DNA of 64,000 bases from an uncultured bacterium (GTDB lineage: Bacteria; Armatimonadota; UBA5829; DTJY01). The notes beneath the pieces are model-generated. The model was not told the DNA's origin. It saw nothing but the letters and a program-made list of their open reading frames with translations, and did no database searches. The position numbers and the translations under genes are program-made. Below, one piece after another: positions 1 to 8,832 of this stretch; the first letter of the stretch is position 1, and each line of letters starts with the position of its first letter. The DNA is taken from the NCBI GenBank assembly GCA_964466715.1, contig CAYXOC010000003.1, forward strand, positions 11,106 through 75,105, read 5' to 3'.

Positions 1-289
1 CAACGGGCGGCATGGTCGCATAAATGGAAGATCAACATCGTGTTTTTTGGTCGCGCTTCCCTGACCGCAATCGGTCCGGTAGGGCTTGTCGTGCGCGGTT
101 ATATACTTTTTAGACGTACCCGATTCGCTCTTCGTTACACACTATTTGTGCCCAAAAACCGTCTTTCTTCCCGGCGGTATGTCGAATAGCAACAAATCGG
201 TTGCCCGGACACTTCCGAAATTTCCTTCGCTGCCAGCGGAAATTCTCCTTCCGGGCCGGATGTCTAGGTGATGGCGAATGGGGAACGGG

Positions 290-345
290 GGAGTGAGGAG
301 TGAGGAGTGAGGAGTGAGGAGTGAGGAGTGAGGAGTGAGGAGTGA
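290..345. repeat. perfect tandem heptanucleotide repeat (GGAGTGA)x8
   Basis: Eight uninterrupted GGAGTGA units read directly. The tract is intergenic, just 3' of the minus-strand isomerase gene, and overlaps the start of the 343-376 hairpin. Confidence 0.95.
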
Positions 346-376
346 TGCCTCGACGACGGGCGCCGTCGAGGCATCA
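343..376 (-). terminator. stem-loop downstream of the isomerase gene (candidate terminator, no U-tract)
   Basis: Inverted repeat TGATGCCTCGACG / CGTCGAGGCATCA with 13-bp arms and an 8-nt loop. It lies about 10 nt beyond the TGA stop at 386-388. Confidence 0.45.
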
Positions 377-385
377 GCGTCTGTG

Positions 386-1237
386 TCAGAGGATCATCGG
401 GCGCAGGTAGTTGTAGCCCAGCTTGAGGCCGTCGGCACGGCGGTCGCCCGAGAACACGGCGTCCTCGTGCTCGATGGCCGTCCCGCCATCGTAGCCGATC
501 TCGTAGAGCGCCGAGAAGAAGCTCGGCCAGTCCACCAGCCCGAACCCCGGGATCCGGTAGCGCCACCAACCGCCGCCGAATGAGCCGTGCCGGGCGACGG
601 CGTCCTCCATGATCTCCGTGTCCTTGAGATGCACGTGATACACCTTCGAGCCGAACCTCTTCAGCGCGCCGAGGTAGTCCGCCTGCTGCCAGACCAGGTG
701 CGAGGGATCGAACTCGAGGCCGAGCGCCGGCGAATCGACCGCGTTGAACATCTTCTCCCAGGCGGTCGGGCTGAACCCGAAGTTCACGCTCTTGCACGGA
801 GGGACCGGTCCGAAGCCGGGCCAGTTCTCGAAGGCGATCTTGACGCCGTTGTCCTCCGCGATGCGCGCCACGTCGGCAAAGGTGTCGGTCCAGAGCTTCA
901 CGTTGTCGTCTAGCCCGGCATCCGGGTCGCCGCCGGTGAGAGTAGCGAGCGCCGGGACCTTCATCGCCGCGCAGAACTCGATGACGTTCCGATACGCCGC
1001 GATGCGCTCCCGGGGCTCGTGCGCATTCCCCCGTTCGTAGTACGCGAGCGCCGTGATGGTGATGCCGTACTTCCCGGCAAGCTCCACGGCCTGCGACGCG
1101 ACGGCACTGCGCCGGTCGGCCGACTGCAGGTCCTCCGCCGGCCACGACTTGGCATGTACCTCGAGGCCGTCGAACCCGATGCCCGAGGCGAGCTTTAGCT
1201 CGTCATCACTGAAGGTGGTCAGATATCCGAGTTTCAT
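386..1237 (-). CDS. sugar phosphate isomerase/epimerase (xylose isomerase-like TIM barrel, AP endonuclease 2 family)
   Basis: ORF track 386..1318, trimmed to the ATG at 1237, which lies 5 nt after GGAGGAG (revcomp of 1243-1249). Motifs: GFDGLEV, IAFENWPG, HVHLKD, AIEHED. Confidence 0.8.
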   Translation of the reverse strand: MKLGYLTTFSDDELKLASGIGFDGLEVHAKSWPAEDLQSADRRSAVASQAVELAGKYGITITALAYYERGNAHEPRERIAAYRNVIEFCAAMKVPALATLTGGDPDAGLDDNVKLWTDTFADVARIAEDNGVKIAFENWPGFGPVPPCKSVNFGFSPTAWEKMFNAVDSPALGLEFDPSHLVWQQADYLGALKRFGSKVYHVHLKDTEIMEDAVARHGSFGGGWWRYRIPGFGLVDWPSFFSALYEIGYDGGTAIEHEDAVFSGDRRADGLKLGYNYLRPMIL

Positions 1238-1395
1238 CGATGCTCCTCCCGCATGGTTGCCCGTGCTGTCGATAACCTTGTTCCCGTTCATTGTAGGTTC
1301 CGCCTGCCGGATAGTCAACCCATATTGACATTCGTGCGCCCTGATGGTATACCGAACGTGCGGGCGCCAGGAGATGCCCAGGGAGGATGGAGTTA

Positions 1396-2085
1396 GTGGC
1401 GAAGATCAAAGCGTTGATTCTCACCGCAGGCATACTCTGCGGAATGATAGCGGTCTTGATGTCCTTGCAGGGGTGCCGGAAGGCCGAGACGTTGCCACCC
1501 AAGGCAGACTCGAACAAGCAGGCCGCCGTCACCGAAGACGTGAAGACCGAGACCTCGAAACCCGGGGACAAGCCCTCGAACACGTCAGCCCCGGAGGCGA
1601 CGAAGCAAGCCCCGCCCTGGAGGAACCCCTCGCCGAATCCGGAGGCGCAGACGACGTCGAATGCGCCGCCGTCCGCCGATATCGACTGTCGCGATGCCAA
1701 GTATGCCGGCGGCGAGCGTCCAAAGATCGAGGCGAACGGCAAGCCGGTGACATTCCTCTACTACCCGCCGCAGATGTTCACGGCCATCATCACCCGGTCG
1801 GGACAGGACAAGGCCTCGCTCACATTCGGCACGTTCAGCGTGACCGGCGGCGAGGAGGACAGACTGGAACTGCACATCCTGGCGCGGGCGCTCAAGCCCG
1901 ACGACGGCAAGTTCGAGAAAGTGGCGATGATCGAGTCGAACAAGGTGAAGAAGGGGCAGTCGTGGACGGCGTCCGCCGTGGGGATGAGCTTCAAGGTCGA
2001 GGCTCTCGAGTTCGGCGAGTGGGCCGATTCGCCGTTCCCCGGGTCCGGCATGGGCTGGATCAAGCTGAGGATCAGCGCGAGGTAG
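1396..2085 (+). CDS. hypothetical lipoprotein
   Basis: ORF 1387..2085. GGGAGGA at 1381-1387 favours the in-frame GTG at 1396, giving MAKIKALILTAGILCGMIAVLMSLQGC (signal peptide with lipobox-like LQGC). A Pro/Ser/Thr-rich linker precedes a globular domain. No family recognised. Confidence 0.6.
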   Translation: MAKIKALILTAGILCGMIAVLMSLQGCRKAETLPPKADSNKQAAVTEDVKTETSKPGDKPSNTSAPEATKQAPPWRNPSPNPEAQTTSNAPPSADIDCRDAKYAGGERPKIEANGKPVTFLYYPPQMFTAIITRSGQDKASLTFGTFSVTGGEEDRLELHILARALKPDDGKFEKVAMIESNKVKKGQSWTASAVGMSFKVEALEFGEWADSPFPGSGMGWIKLRISAR

Positions 2086-2165
2086 ACGGCAGACTGCGGC
2101 TCTCTGTGGTAGGACGGGTCGAGGCGGAAGCTGGGCTTCCGCACTCCATATTCGAGAGGCATCCG

Positions 2166-2861
2166 ATGGCTAATGAGCGATACACCCTCACTATCAAGGA
2201 ACTGCCCGAGGACGAACGGCCTCGCGAGCGGCTGCTGAAGTATGGGCCGGAGTTGCTGTCGAATGCGGAGCTTCTGGCGATCATCCTGCGCGTCGGAACG
2301 GCGGAGTACTCGGCCATCGGGCTCGCGGAGCACATGCTCGGCAGGTTCGACGGGTTGAAGGGGATCGCCACCGCGAGCGTCGAGAGGCTGAGCGAGATCA
2401 AGGGACTCGGGACGGCGAAGGGCGCGCAGATCAAGGCGATGGTCGAGCTCGGCAAGCGTCTGGCCGCCAGTGTCGGCGAGACCCGCCAGGTCATTCGCGA
2501 GCCCCAGGATGCCGCCGACCTCCTGATGCCCGAACTGCGCCACCTTCACCAGGAGCGGTTCAAGGGCATATTCCTCAACACCAAGTCCGAGGTCATCAAG
2601 ACCGTCACCATCACTGTAGGCACTCTCGACGCGAGCCTGATCAGCCCCAGGGAGCTGTTCCGCGAGGCGCTCGAGTACAATAGCGCGTCGGTCGTGGTGG
2701 CGCACAACCACCCATCCGGCGACCCCACCCCGTCGCGAGAGGACATCACCGTCACGAAGCGGCTGGTGCAGGCCGGCGAGTACATCGGCATCGAGGTTCT
2801 CGATCACGTGATCATCGGCGACGGCCGCTGGATCAGCCTCAAAGAGCGCGGATTGATGTAA
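2166..2861 (+). CDS. radC: RadC-like JAB-domain protein
   Basis: C-terminal 231 aa of ORF 1344..2861. The ATG at 2166 lies 6 nt after GAGAGG. Motifs: HhH-type LSNAELLAIILRVGT, and JAB/MPN VVVAHNHPSGDPTPSREDI. Confidence 0.9.
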   Translation: MANERYTLTIKELPEDERPRERLLKYGPELLSNAELLAIILRVGTAEYSAIGLAEHMLGRFDGLKGIATASVERLSEIKGLGTAKGAQIKAMVELGKRLAASVGETRQVIREPQDAADLLMPELRHLHQERFKGIFLNTKSEVIKTVTITVGTLDASLISPRELFREALEYNSASVVVAHNHPSGDPTPSREDITVTKRLVQAGEYIGIEVLDHVIIGDGRWISLKERGLM

Positions 2862-2914
2862 TTTGCTTTCTGATCCATGAGATTCGACATACCCTCCTTT
2901 CTTCCCGCTCGGAG

Positions 2915-2944
2915 TTGAAATCAGGACGGTTGATCTGCTATACT
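2915..2944 (+). promoter_or_regulatory. candidate sigma70-type promoter for the DUF4870/kinase genes
   Basis: TTGAAA (2915-2920), 18 nt, TATACT (2939-2944). An 8-bp hairpin GGCATGCG/CGCATGCC (2965-2987) follows in the leader. Confidence 0.45.
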
Positions 2945-3023
2945 CGGGTGGAATATACACCATAGGCATGCGCACAGTACGCATGCCGGACAGACATATG
3001 CTTGATGGGGGAGTTAGAGAATC

Positions 3024-3425
3024 ATGGATCATGACGGCCAATCGAGTCTCGGTGTTGAAGAGAACCTGGTCGCCGCTGCGTCGTATCTAGGATTCCTCGG
3101 CATAGTTATACTGTTTCTCGAGAAGCGCAGTCACTTCGTGAAATACCACTGCGTTCAGTCCACGCTGGCGTTCGGCCTGCTGACATGCCTGTGGCTCACC
3201 GTGAAGTGGGTCCCGGTGCTGTCGAGATGGTTCTGGTGGGTGCCCGGAGGATTCGCCTTCGTCTTCGCGTGCTACATGATGCTGAGAGCCTACTACGGTG
3301 AGGAGCACAAGCTGCCGATCATCGGCCCGATAGCCTTCAGTGCGATCTATCACACCGGGCCGGAGTACGAGGACGTGCTCGCCGAGACGGCGGAGCAGAG
3401 CCCGAACAGCGCAATCAAGGGTTAG
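3024..3425 (+). CDS. DUF4870-like small membrane protein
   Basis: 133-aa ORF with 3-4 hydrophobic helices. The EKRSHFVKYHCVQS motif resembles the DUF4870 signature (recognised from memory). GGGGGAG lies 10 nt upstream. Confidence 0.65.
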   Translation: MDHDGQSSLGVEENLVAAASYLGFLGIVILFLEKRSHFVKYHCVQSTLAFGLLTCLWLTVKWVPVLSRWFWWVPGGFAFVFACYMMLRAYYGEEHKLPIIGPIAFSAIYHTGPEYEDVLAETAEQSPNSAIKG

Positions 3426-3431
3426 CCATCT

Positions 3432-5180
3432 ATGCAATCGAATCCCGGACAGCCCTGCATGCCGGAGCTTTCACTTATCAACGAGGTGACGGCTCTGGCA
3501 GCCTCTACCGCCGACCTCTCCGAACTGCTTCAGGCGCTGTTGGAGCGGGGCGTCCGGGTAGTCAACGGCAAGCGCGGATTCGTCGCGCTCGTCGATTTCG
3601 ATCAAGGCCGGCTCGTCATCCAGTGCGGCACGGGCGAAGGCTGGACTGACGACAAGAAGGAGCAGCGCCTCCTGCTTCACACCGGTGAAGGCAAAGGCAT
3701 CACGACCTACGTCGCCGCTACCGGCAAGCTCTACCGCACGGGCGACGTCGATCAGGACCCCTACTACATCCCGTATTTCCCGGACGTGCGGAGCGAGATC
3801 GCCGTGCCGATTCTCGATGCGCACGGACGCACGCGGGGAGTCATCAACGTAGACAGCCCTCAACGCGACGCCTTCGACGAGCAGGACGAGGCATGCCTTC
3901 GAGCCATCGCGAACATCGCCAGCGTCGGCATCGCAATCAGCGAGCACCGCTCACGCGAGCGGGCGTTCGTCGAGATCGGCACCGAGTTGGCGGCGAGCCC
4001 GGACATCGCGTCGCTCGTCGCCAAGGTGATCAAAGTCACGGCTGAGGTGCTGCGGTTCGAGGACTGCTCGCTCTTCCTGCTCGACGCCGACCGTCAGACC
4101 CTCACACTCCAGGCATCCCGCGGACGGCTGAACGACAGAGCCGGCACCGCGACGTACAAGCTCGGCGAAGGACTCACCGGATGGATCGCGGAGCACGGCC
4201 TCCCGATCAGGACGACGAACCCCCAGAGCGACCCCAGGTGGCGCGGGCTTCACCAGGAGTACCCGGCCGAGGAGATGGGCGCATACCTGGGAGTGCCGAT
4301 CGAGGGCCGACGCGGCGTCATCGGCGTGCTGCGAGTGCTCCGCCGCCGAAGCAAGTTCCCCTGGTTCCGAAACGAATTCACCGGCGACGACGAGGGCGTG
4401 CTGATCAGCATCGCAAGTCAGGTCGGCGCGGCGGTCGAGAGCCTGCGCCTGACCGACCGCGTGGTCAATGCCGAGCGGATGGCAGCCTGGGGAGAGATGT
4501 CTGCCCGGTCCGCACATATGATCGGCAACCGGGTCTTCGCCATCAAGGGCGACCTGAATGAACTCGAGCACTGGCTCGGGCAGCCGGAAGACCGGCGCGA
4601 GCAGTTCAAGGAGCTTGCGGAGAGCATCCGCAAGGGCGTCTTCCGCCTGGAAGAGATCCTCACCGAGTTCCGCGACTTCGTCATGGCCACGTCCCTGTCG
4701 CTCACCGAGTGGGACATCAACGAGATCGTGCGCCAGTCGGTGGACGAGTCGTTCCCGAAGCGGTGCCCCGTAAGGCTGGAGATGAGCCTGACATCCGACC
4801 TGCCGAAGATCGCGGCCGACCCGACGAAGCTCAAACGGTCGTTCTCGGAGTTGATCGAGAACGCGATCAGCTTCCAGCAGGACGGCGGGCTGCTCAGGAT
4901 AACGACCTGTCCCGCGCTCCGGAAGGAGGCTCGGACTCTGTGCGGGCTGTCCGGCAAGCAGGATTATGTTAAGATAGAGTTTGCGGACGCCGGTCCGGGC
5001 GTCCCTCAGGAGAACAAGGACAAGATCTTCACCCCGTTCTTCTCGTCGCGGGCGAAGGGCATGGGCCTGGGGCTCTCGATCGTGAAGGGCATCGTGGAAG
5101 CGCATCATGGCGGGATATGCGAGGTCGGCGAAGAGAACTCCGGCGCGCGGTTCGTGATCCTGCTGCCGACGGTGGGGTAG
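3432..5180 (+). CDS. GAF-domain sensor histidine kinase
   Basis: 582-aa ORF with two GAF-like regions, an H-box (SARSAHMIGNRV) and HATPase_c motifs (ENAISF, DAGPGVP, GMGLGLSIVKGIVEAHHG). The start could be a few codons downstream. Confidence 0.85.
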   Translation: MQSNPGQPCMPELSLINEVTALAASTADLSELLQALLERGVRVVNGKRGFVALVDFDQGRLVIQCGTGEGWTDDKKEQRLLLHTGEGKGITTYVAATGKLYRTGDVDQDPYYIPYFPDVRSEIAVPILDAHGRTRGVINVDSPQRDAFDEQDEACLRAIANIASVGIAISEHRSRERAFVEIGTELAASPDIASLVAKVIKVTAEVLRFEDCSLFLLDADRQTLTLQASRGRLNDRAGTATYKLGEGLTGWIAEHGLPIRTTNPQSDPRWRGLHQEYPAEEMGAYLGVPIEGRRGVIGVLRVLRRRSKFPWFRNEFTGDDEGVLISIASQVGAAVESLRLTDRVVNAERMAAWGEMSARSAHMIGNRVFAIKGDLNELEHWLGQPEDRREQFKELAESIRKGVFRLEEILTEFRDFVMATSLSLTEWDINEIVRQSVDESFPKRCPVRLEMSLTSDLPKIAADPTKLKRSFSELIENAISFQQDGGLLRITTCPALRKEARTLCGLSGKQDYVKIEFADAGPGVPQENKDKIFTPFFSSRAKGMGLGLSIVKGIVEAHHGGICEVGEENSGARFVILLPTVG

Positions 5181-5273
5181 GTTTTCCCATGTGTCCCACA
5201 TGTCCCCTCTGTCCCGCGGGACCTGTGAGACGTATGCGACGGATGGGACATATGCTGAGGAGGTACTACAGCT

Positions 5274-5702
5274 TTGTGCAAGATTCTAGTTGTCGATGAC
5301 GAAGAAGAGGTCCGTGCGGCAGTTGCCCGCCGGCTTACCAGAGACGGCCTGAAGGTCGATACGGCCACGTGCCAGGAGGAGGCCGTCGAGAAGCTGAAGG
5401 CCGCGAACCCGACGTACGACGTGGTCATGACCGACATGGTGATGGAAACCCCGGACGCCGGCGTGAATGTGCTCAAGGCCGCCGCCGAGGAGGACATCTT
5501 CACCGAGGTGATCGTCCTTACCGCGTACGGCAACGTGGCAAATGCCGTCGAGTGCATGAAGCGCGGCGCGTTCGACTACGTGGAGAAGAACATCCCGGGA
5601 GTCGATGTGTACGACCTGATGAGCATCAAGGTCGCCCAGGCGCTCGACCGCCGGCGCTCGTCGATGAACACCGTCCGCCGAATCGTAAGGGCACAGAAAT
5701 AG
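5274..5702 (+). CDS. single-domain response regulator (receiver only)
   Basis: TTG start 10 nt after GAGGAGG. Motifs: ILVVDDEEE, phospho-acceptor context VVMTDMVM, and VLTAYG. No output domain. Confidence 0.85.
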   Translation: MCKILVVDDEEEVRAAVARRLTRDGLKVDTATCQEEAVEKLKAANPTYDVVMTDMVMETPDAGVNVLKAAAEEDIFTEVIVLTAYGNVANAVECMKRGAFDYVEKNIPGVDVYDLMSIKVAQALDRRRSSMNTVRRIVRAQK

Positions 5703-5710
5703 ACTCGCCG

Positions 5711-5740
5711 CCAGGTCCGTCTCCACGGCGATGGACCTGG
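5711..5740 (+). terminator. stem-loop after the response regulator gene (candidate terminator)
   Basis: CCAGGTCC / GGACCTGG, an 8-bp stem with a 14-nt loop, starting 9 nt after the stop. No clear T-tract. Confidence 0.35.
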
Positions 5741-5878
5741 TATTCCACACGCACCACGATCGCTCCCTTCCCCGGCCTGGGACACCGCTGCGCCAAGTCT
5801 CCGCGCCGTTCCTCACGGTCCGAAGGACTAGACCGCGATCATGTCTAACCTACGTATTGTTGGTTGGAGGAACGGCAG

Positions 5879-6874
5879 ATGACCCTCGAAGAACAGTTCG
5901 CGCGGTTGATCAGGACGCTTCACCTCATCGAGCAGGACCCGTGGAAATGGGACGTCGCAAGTCTCGAGCTCGAGTTCGGGGTCGGAAGCGCGACCATCGA
6001 GCGAGACATCCGCATCCTCAGGCAGTGGGGTACTATCGAGCGGCGGGACGGGCGGTTCGCGGTCAAGGATCTCAAGCTCATGCCGTCGGCGTTCACCCCG
6101 AGCGAAGCGCTCGCGCTCATCCTGGCGGGCAGCATCGCCGCTGACAAGATCCGCATGCCGCCGACGGACGCCGTCCGCACGGCCCTGCGCAAGATCAACT
6201 CGCTGCTCCCCGACCAGGTGGATACCACCATTCACAAGATGAGACGGCGGGTCTCCGTGGGCGTGGACCTCATCCGCGACTGCAATACCGAGGTGCTGGA
6301 CGTGATCAGCAAGGCGATCTCGGGCCACAACCCGCTCGATATCACCTACTACGTGCCCCGGAGGGATGAGACTACGAAGCGCCGGGTGGAGCCTTACGGC
6401 CTCGCATTCCGGTTCGGGGCATGGTATCTGATAGCCTACTGCCGGCTGCGGGAGGACATCCGGACATTCGGCGTGGACCGCATCCGGGACATACGACTGG
6501 TGAACCACCACTTCAAGTACCCCAAGGACTTCGACCTCGAGGAGTACCTGGAACTCGGATGGCAGCTCCAGTCCGACGCCGAGCCGGAGCGTGTGGTCCT
6601 GCGGTTCAACAAGGACTGCGCCAAGTGGATCGGCGGGTGCAAGTTCCACCCCAATCAGGTAACAACCGTTCAGCCGGACGGATCGCTGCTCTTCGAGGTG
6701 ACGGTCGCGGGCGTGGACGAGATCAAGCACTGGATTCTGAGCTTCGGAGACAGGGTGGAGGTTCTTCAGCCGGAGAGCCTCCGGTCTCAGATCGCGGAAA
6801 CCTGCATGCGCACGGCGCGGATGTACGCGCCGGGGCAGCCCGCAGGGATTTCCAGCACGGAGGGACAAGGATAA
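5879..6874 (+). CDS. WYL-domain transcriptional regulator (HTH-WYL-WCX architecture)
   Basis: ORF 5864..6874. The ATG at 5879 lies 7 nt after GGAGGA. N-terminal HTH (ATIERDIRILRQWG) and WYL region (YGLAFRFGAWYLIAYC). Confidence 0.8.
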   Translation: MTLEEQFARLIRTLHLIEQDPWKWDVASLELEFGVGSATIERDIRILRQWGTIERRDGRFAVKDLKLMPSAFTPSEALALILAGSIAADKIRMPPTDAVRTALRKINSLLPDQVDTTIHKMRRRVSVGVDLIRDCNTEVLDVISKAISGHNPLDITYYVPRRDETTKRRVEPYGLAFRFGAWYLIAYCRLREDIRTFGVDRIRDIRLVNHHFKYPKDFDLEEYLELGWQLQSDAEPERVVLRFNKDCAKWIGGCKFHPNQVTTVQPDGSLLFEVTVAGVDEIKHWILSFGDRVEVLQPESLRSQIAETCMRTARMYAPGQPAGISSTEGQG

Positions 6875-6878
6875 GACT

Positions 6879-8048
6879 ATGAGACACATTCTTGCTATGA
6901 CCGCAGTCCTGGTCGTTAGTACGCTGTGCGCGGTATCGGCGAATGCGCCGGCTGCGAGGCGTCTGTACAAGTTCCAGACGAAGCAGGATTTCGCCACCTT
7001 CGGGTGCGCCGGAGCTCGTTGGGACTCCTCATTGGGCGGCGTCGTGTTCACGGCGGAAGGCGCCCTGACCGACGAGCGAGACATCCCGATGGGGAGGATC
7101 GAGTCGCGCGACATCGAGCCGGGGTTCGTGTTCGACGAGGTTGTCCTCTCCTGGAACGGCGATACGCCGCCGGGGAGCTTCGTGAAGATCTTCGTCCAGG
7201 TCAGGAGCGGCGACGTGTGGAGCCGTCGGTTCTGCTACGCCATCTGGAACCGCGACAACACCCCGATGAAGCGTATGAGCGTGAGAGGCCAGCGCGACGA
7301 CATCGCCGCGCTGAGGGCGGACATCCTCAACCTGAAGAAGCCCGCCGATGCCGTGCGTGTGTCCGCCAAGCTCTGCTCGACGGACGGCTCGGTCTATCCC
7401 ACCCTCCGGCTGCTGACGGTCCACGTGGTCGACTCGCAGGCGCCCCTGCCCGGCACGAAGCCGAAGAAGAGCGTGTGGGGCAAGGACCTGAACGTGCCGC
7501 AGTTGTCCCAGCTCAGCGTACCGGACGGCATACGGTTCTGCAGCGCGACGTCGACCGCGATGGTGCTCAGCTACTGGGGGCGGGAGCTTGGCAGGCCCGA
7601 GCTTACCTGCGGAGTCCAGCAGGCGGTGGACGGCATCTACGACATCGGCTGGGGCGGCACGGGCAACTGGACGTTCAACACCGCGTTCGCGGGCGAGTTC
7701 CCCGGGATCAGAGCATACGTCACGAGGTTCTCCAGCATCACCCAGATCGAGGAGTGGATCGCGAAGGGCGTCCCGGTGATCGTCAGCCTCGACTATAACA
7801 AGCTGCGCGCCAGGGACACGAGCCAGCGGTCCGGCCACCTGATGGTCATGCGCGGGTTCGAGCCCGACGGTCGGTGCGTGCTGAACGACCCGAACACCAG
7901 GCTGGACCTCGGCAGGAGCGCCCGGGTGGTCTACAGCCGCGAGGCGCTCGAAGCATCCTGGCTGAAAAACCCGGGCTCGTGGGGTACGGTATACCTGATC
8001 TACCCGGACGGATGGGATATCCCGAGCAATCGGGCGAAGAACTGGTAG
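6879..8048 (+). CDS. secreted C39-like (papain-fold) cysteine peptidase with an unrecognised N-terminal domain
   Basis: Starts 4 nt after the WYL gene stop. Signal peptide MRHILAMTAVLVVSTLCAVSANA. Catalytic-Cys context FCSATSTAMVLSYWG and His context SGHLMVMRGF, typical of Peptidase_C39_2-type proteins. Confidence 0.7.
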   Translation: MRHILAMTAVLVVSTLCAVSANAPAARRLYKFQTKQDFATFGCAGARWDSSLGGVVFTAEGALTDERDIPMGRIESRDIEPGFVFDEVVLSWNGDTPPGSFVKIFVQVRSGDVWSRRFCYAIWNRDNTPMKRMSVRGQRDDIAALRADILNLKKPADAVRVSAKLCSTDGSVYPTLRLLTVHVVDSQAPLPGTKPKKSVWGKDLNVPQLSQLSVPDGIRFCSATSTAMVLSYWGRELGRPELTCGVQQAVDGIYDIGWGGTGNWTFNTAFAGEFPGIRAYVTRFSSITQIEEWIAKGVPVIVSLDYNKLRARDTSQRSGHLMVMRGFEPDGRCVLNDPNTRLDLGRSARVVYSREALEASWLKNPGSWGTVYLIYPDGWDIPSNRAKNW

Positions 8049-8077
8049 ACGGATATCTCCGCATCATTGTGCCATAC

Positions 8078-8126
8078 GGGATTCCGATTCCCGGACGCCG
8101 CGCAGGCGATCGGGGATCGGAATCCC
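8078..8126 (+). terminator. long stem-loop after the WYL/peptidase pair
   Basis: GGGATTCCGAT / ATCGGAATCCC, perfect 11-bp arms extendable through TTCCCG/CGGGGA. It lies 30 nt after the stop. No T-tract. Confidence 0.4.
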
Positions 8127-8220
8127 CTCCTGCAGCGTGAGGCAGGCGCCGGACAGCCTCTGGTTGCCGGCCCGCACTGCTTACTGATCTCTGCTCACTG
8201 ACTACTTCGAGATGCGGGGG

Positions 8221-8249
8221 TTGCCAATTCCGGGCGGACCTGCTATACT
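8221..8249 (+). promoter_or_regulatory. candidate sigma70-type promoter of rpsT
   Basis: TTGCCA (8221-8226), 17 nt, TATACT (8244-8249), about 90 nt upstream of the rpsT start. Confidence 0.6.
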
Positions 8250-8337
8250 GTATCGTCCAGTCCACAGATTGATCCGGTTTCGGGCCGATCGATATCGGTT
8301 TCTTACGAGTTTCTCGACGACATGGGGGTGAAATCCA

Positions 8338-8610
8338 TTGCCGAATATTAAGTCCGTCATGAAGGACGTGAAGAAGTCCCGAGAGCGCCACGCTCGCAAC
8401 GTCGCGACCAAGTCCAAGATCAAGACCTTCGTGAAGAAGGCCAAAGCGACGTTCGCGGAAGGCGACGCCGAGGCCAACATCAAGGCCATCGCAGCGGCAG
8501 AGAGCGTCATCGACAAGGCCGCGGAGAAGGGCATCATTCACAAGAACGCCGCTGCGCGGCGCAAGTCCAGACTCATGCGCGCGGCGAACAAGGCTCAGGC
8601 GGAGGCTTAG
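8338..8610 (+). CDS. rpsT: 30S ribosomal protein S20
   Basis: TTG start after GGGGGTG. The 90-aa Lys/Ala-rich protein (PNIKSVMKDVKKSRERHARN...KGIIHKNAAARRKSRL) is typical S20. Confidence 0.95.
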   Translation: MPNIKSVMKDVKKSRERHARNVATKSKIKTFVKKAKATFAEGDAEANIKAIAAAESVIDKAAEKGIIHKNAAARRKSRLMRAANKAQAEA

Positions 8611-8641
8611 GCGCCGCCGAAACCTCAGTTTCAGCGACACG

Positions 8642-8674
8642 AAACCCGGATCCCGTATGGGACCCGGGTTTTCT
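8642..8674 (+). terminator. rho-independent terminator of rpsT
   Basis: AAACCCGGATCCC GTAT GGGACCCGGGTTT stem-loop running into TTTTCT, about 30 nt after the stop. Confidence 0.75.
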
Positions 8675-8832
8675 GCGTGGTCACCCCCGAAAGCACCCCG
8701 GACTCCTGTTCCCACGCATCGTTTGACAATCCGAACTCGCGGGCATATAATGCAGGCGTACGGCCACATACGGCTCAATCCACTGCACCCTAGCAGCCCA
8801 CCCATCGGCGCCGGCGGAAAGGAGACGCTCGC

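Noticed and set aside
1-270. The lower-GC left edge. Candidates were a 63-codon + frame open from base 1 to 189, ORF 86..271, a minus-strand ATG at 38 running off the window, and a GGAAATT/AATTTCC dyad at 222-244.
   Set aside because: There is no ribosome-binding site, the codon usage is atypical for this genome, and the fragments are too short to recognise. The content cannot be resolved without sequence to the left of the window.
1344-2165. N-terminal 274-codon extension of the RadC ORF (ORF 1344..2861, 505 aa).
   Set aside because: The extension overlaps the lipoprotein gene in another frame and is low-complexity Arg/Gly-rich. RadC homology begins exactly at the ATG at 2166, which has its own GAGAGG ribosome-binding site.
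5188-5254. A cluster of TGTCCC direct repeats followed by GGGAC/GAGAC (including the 12-bp palindrome GTCCCGCGGGAC) between the kinase and response-regulator genes, considered as an operator or terminator.
   Set aside because: The central palindrome leaves no loop, the outer pairing (ATGTCCC/GGGACAT) is short, and the response regulator has no DNA-binding domain. I could not support a specific function, so I note it only as a low-complexity dyad region.
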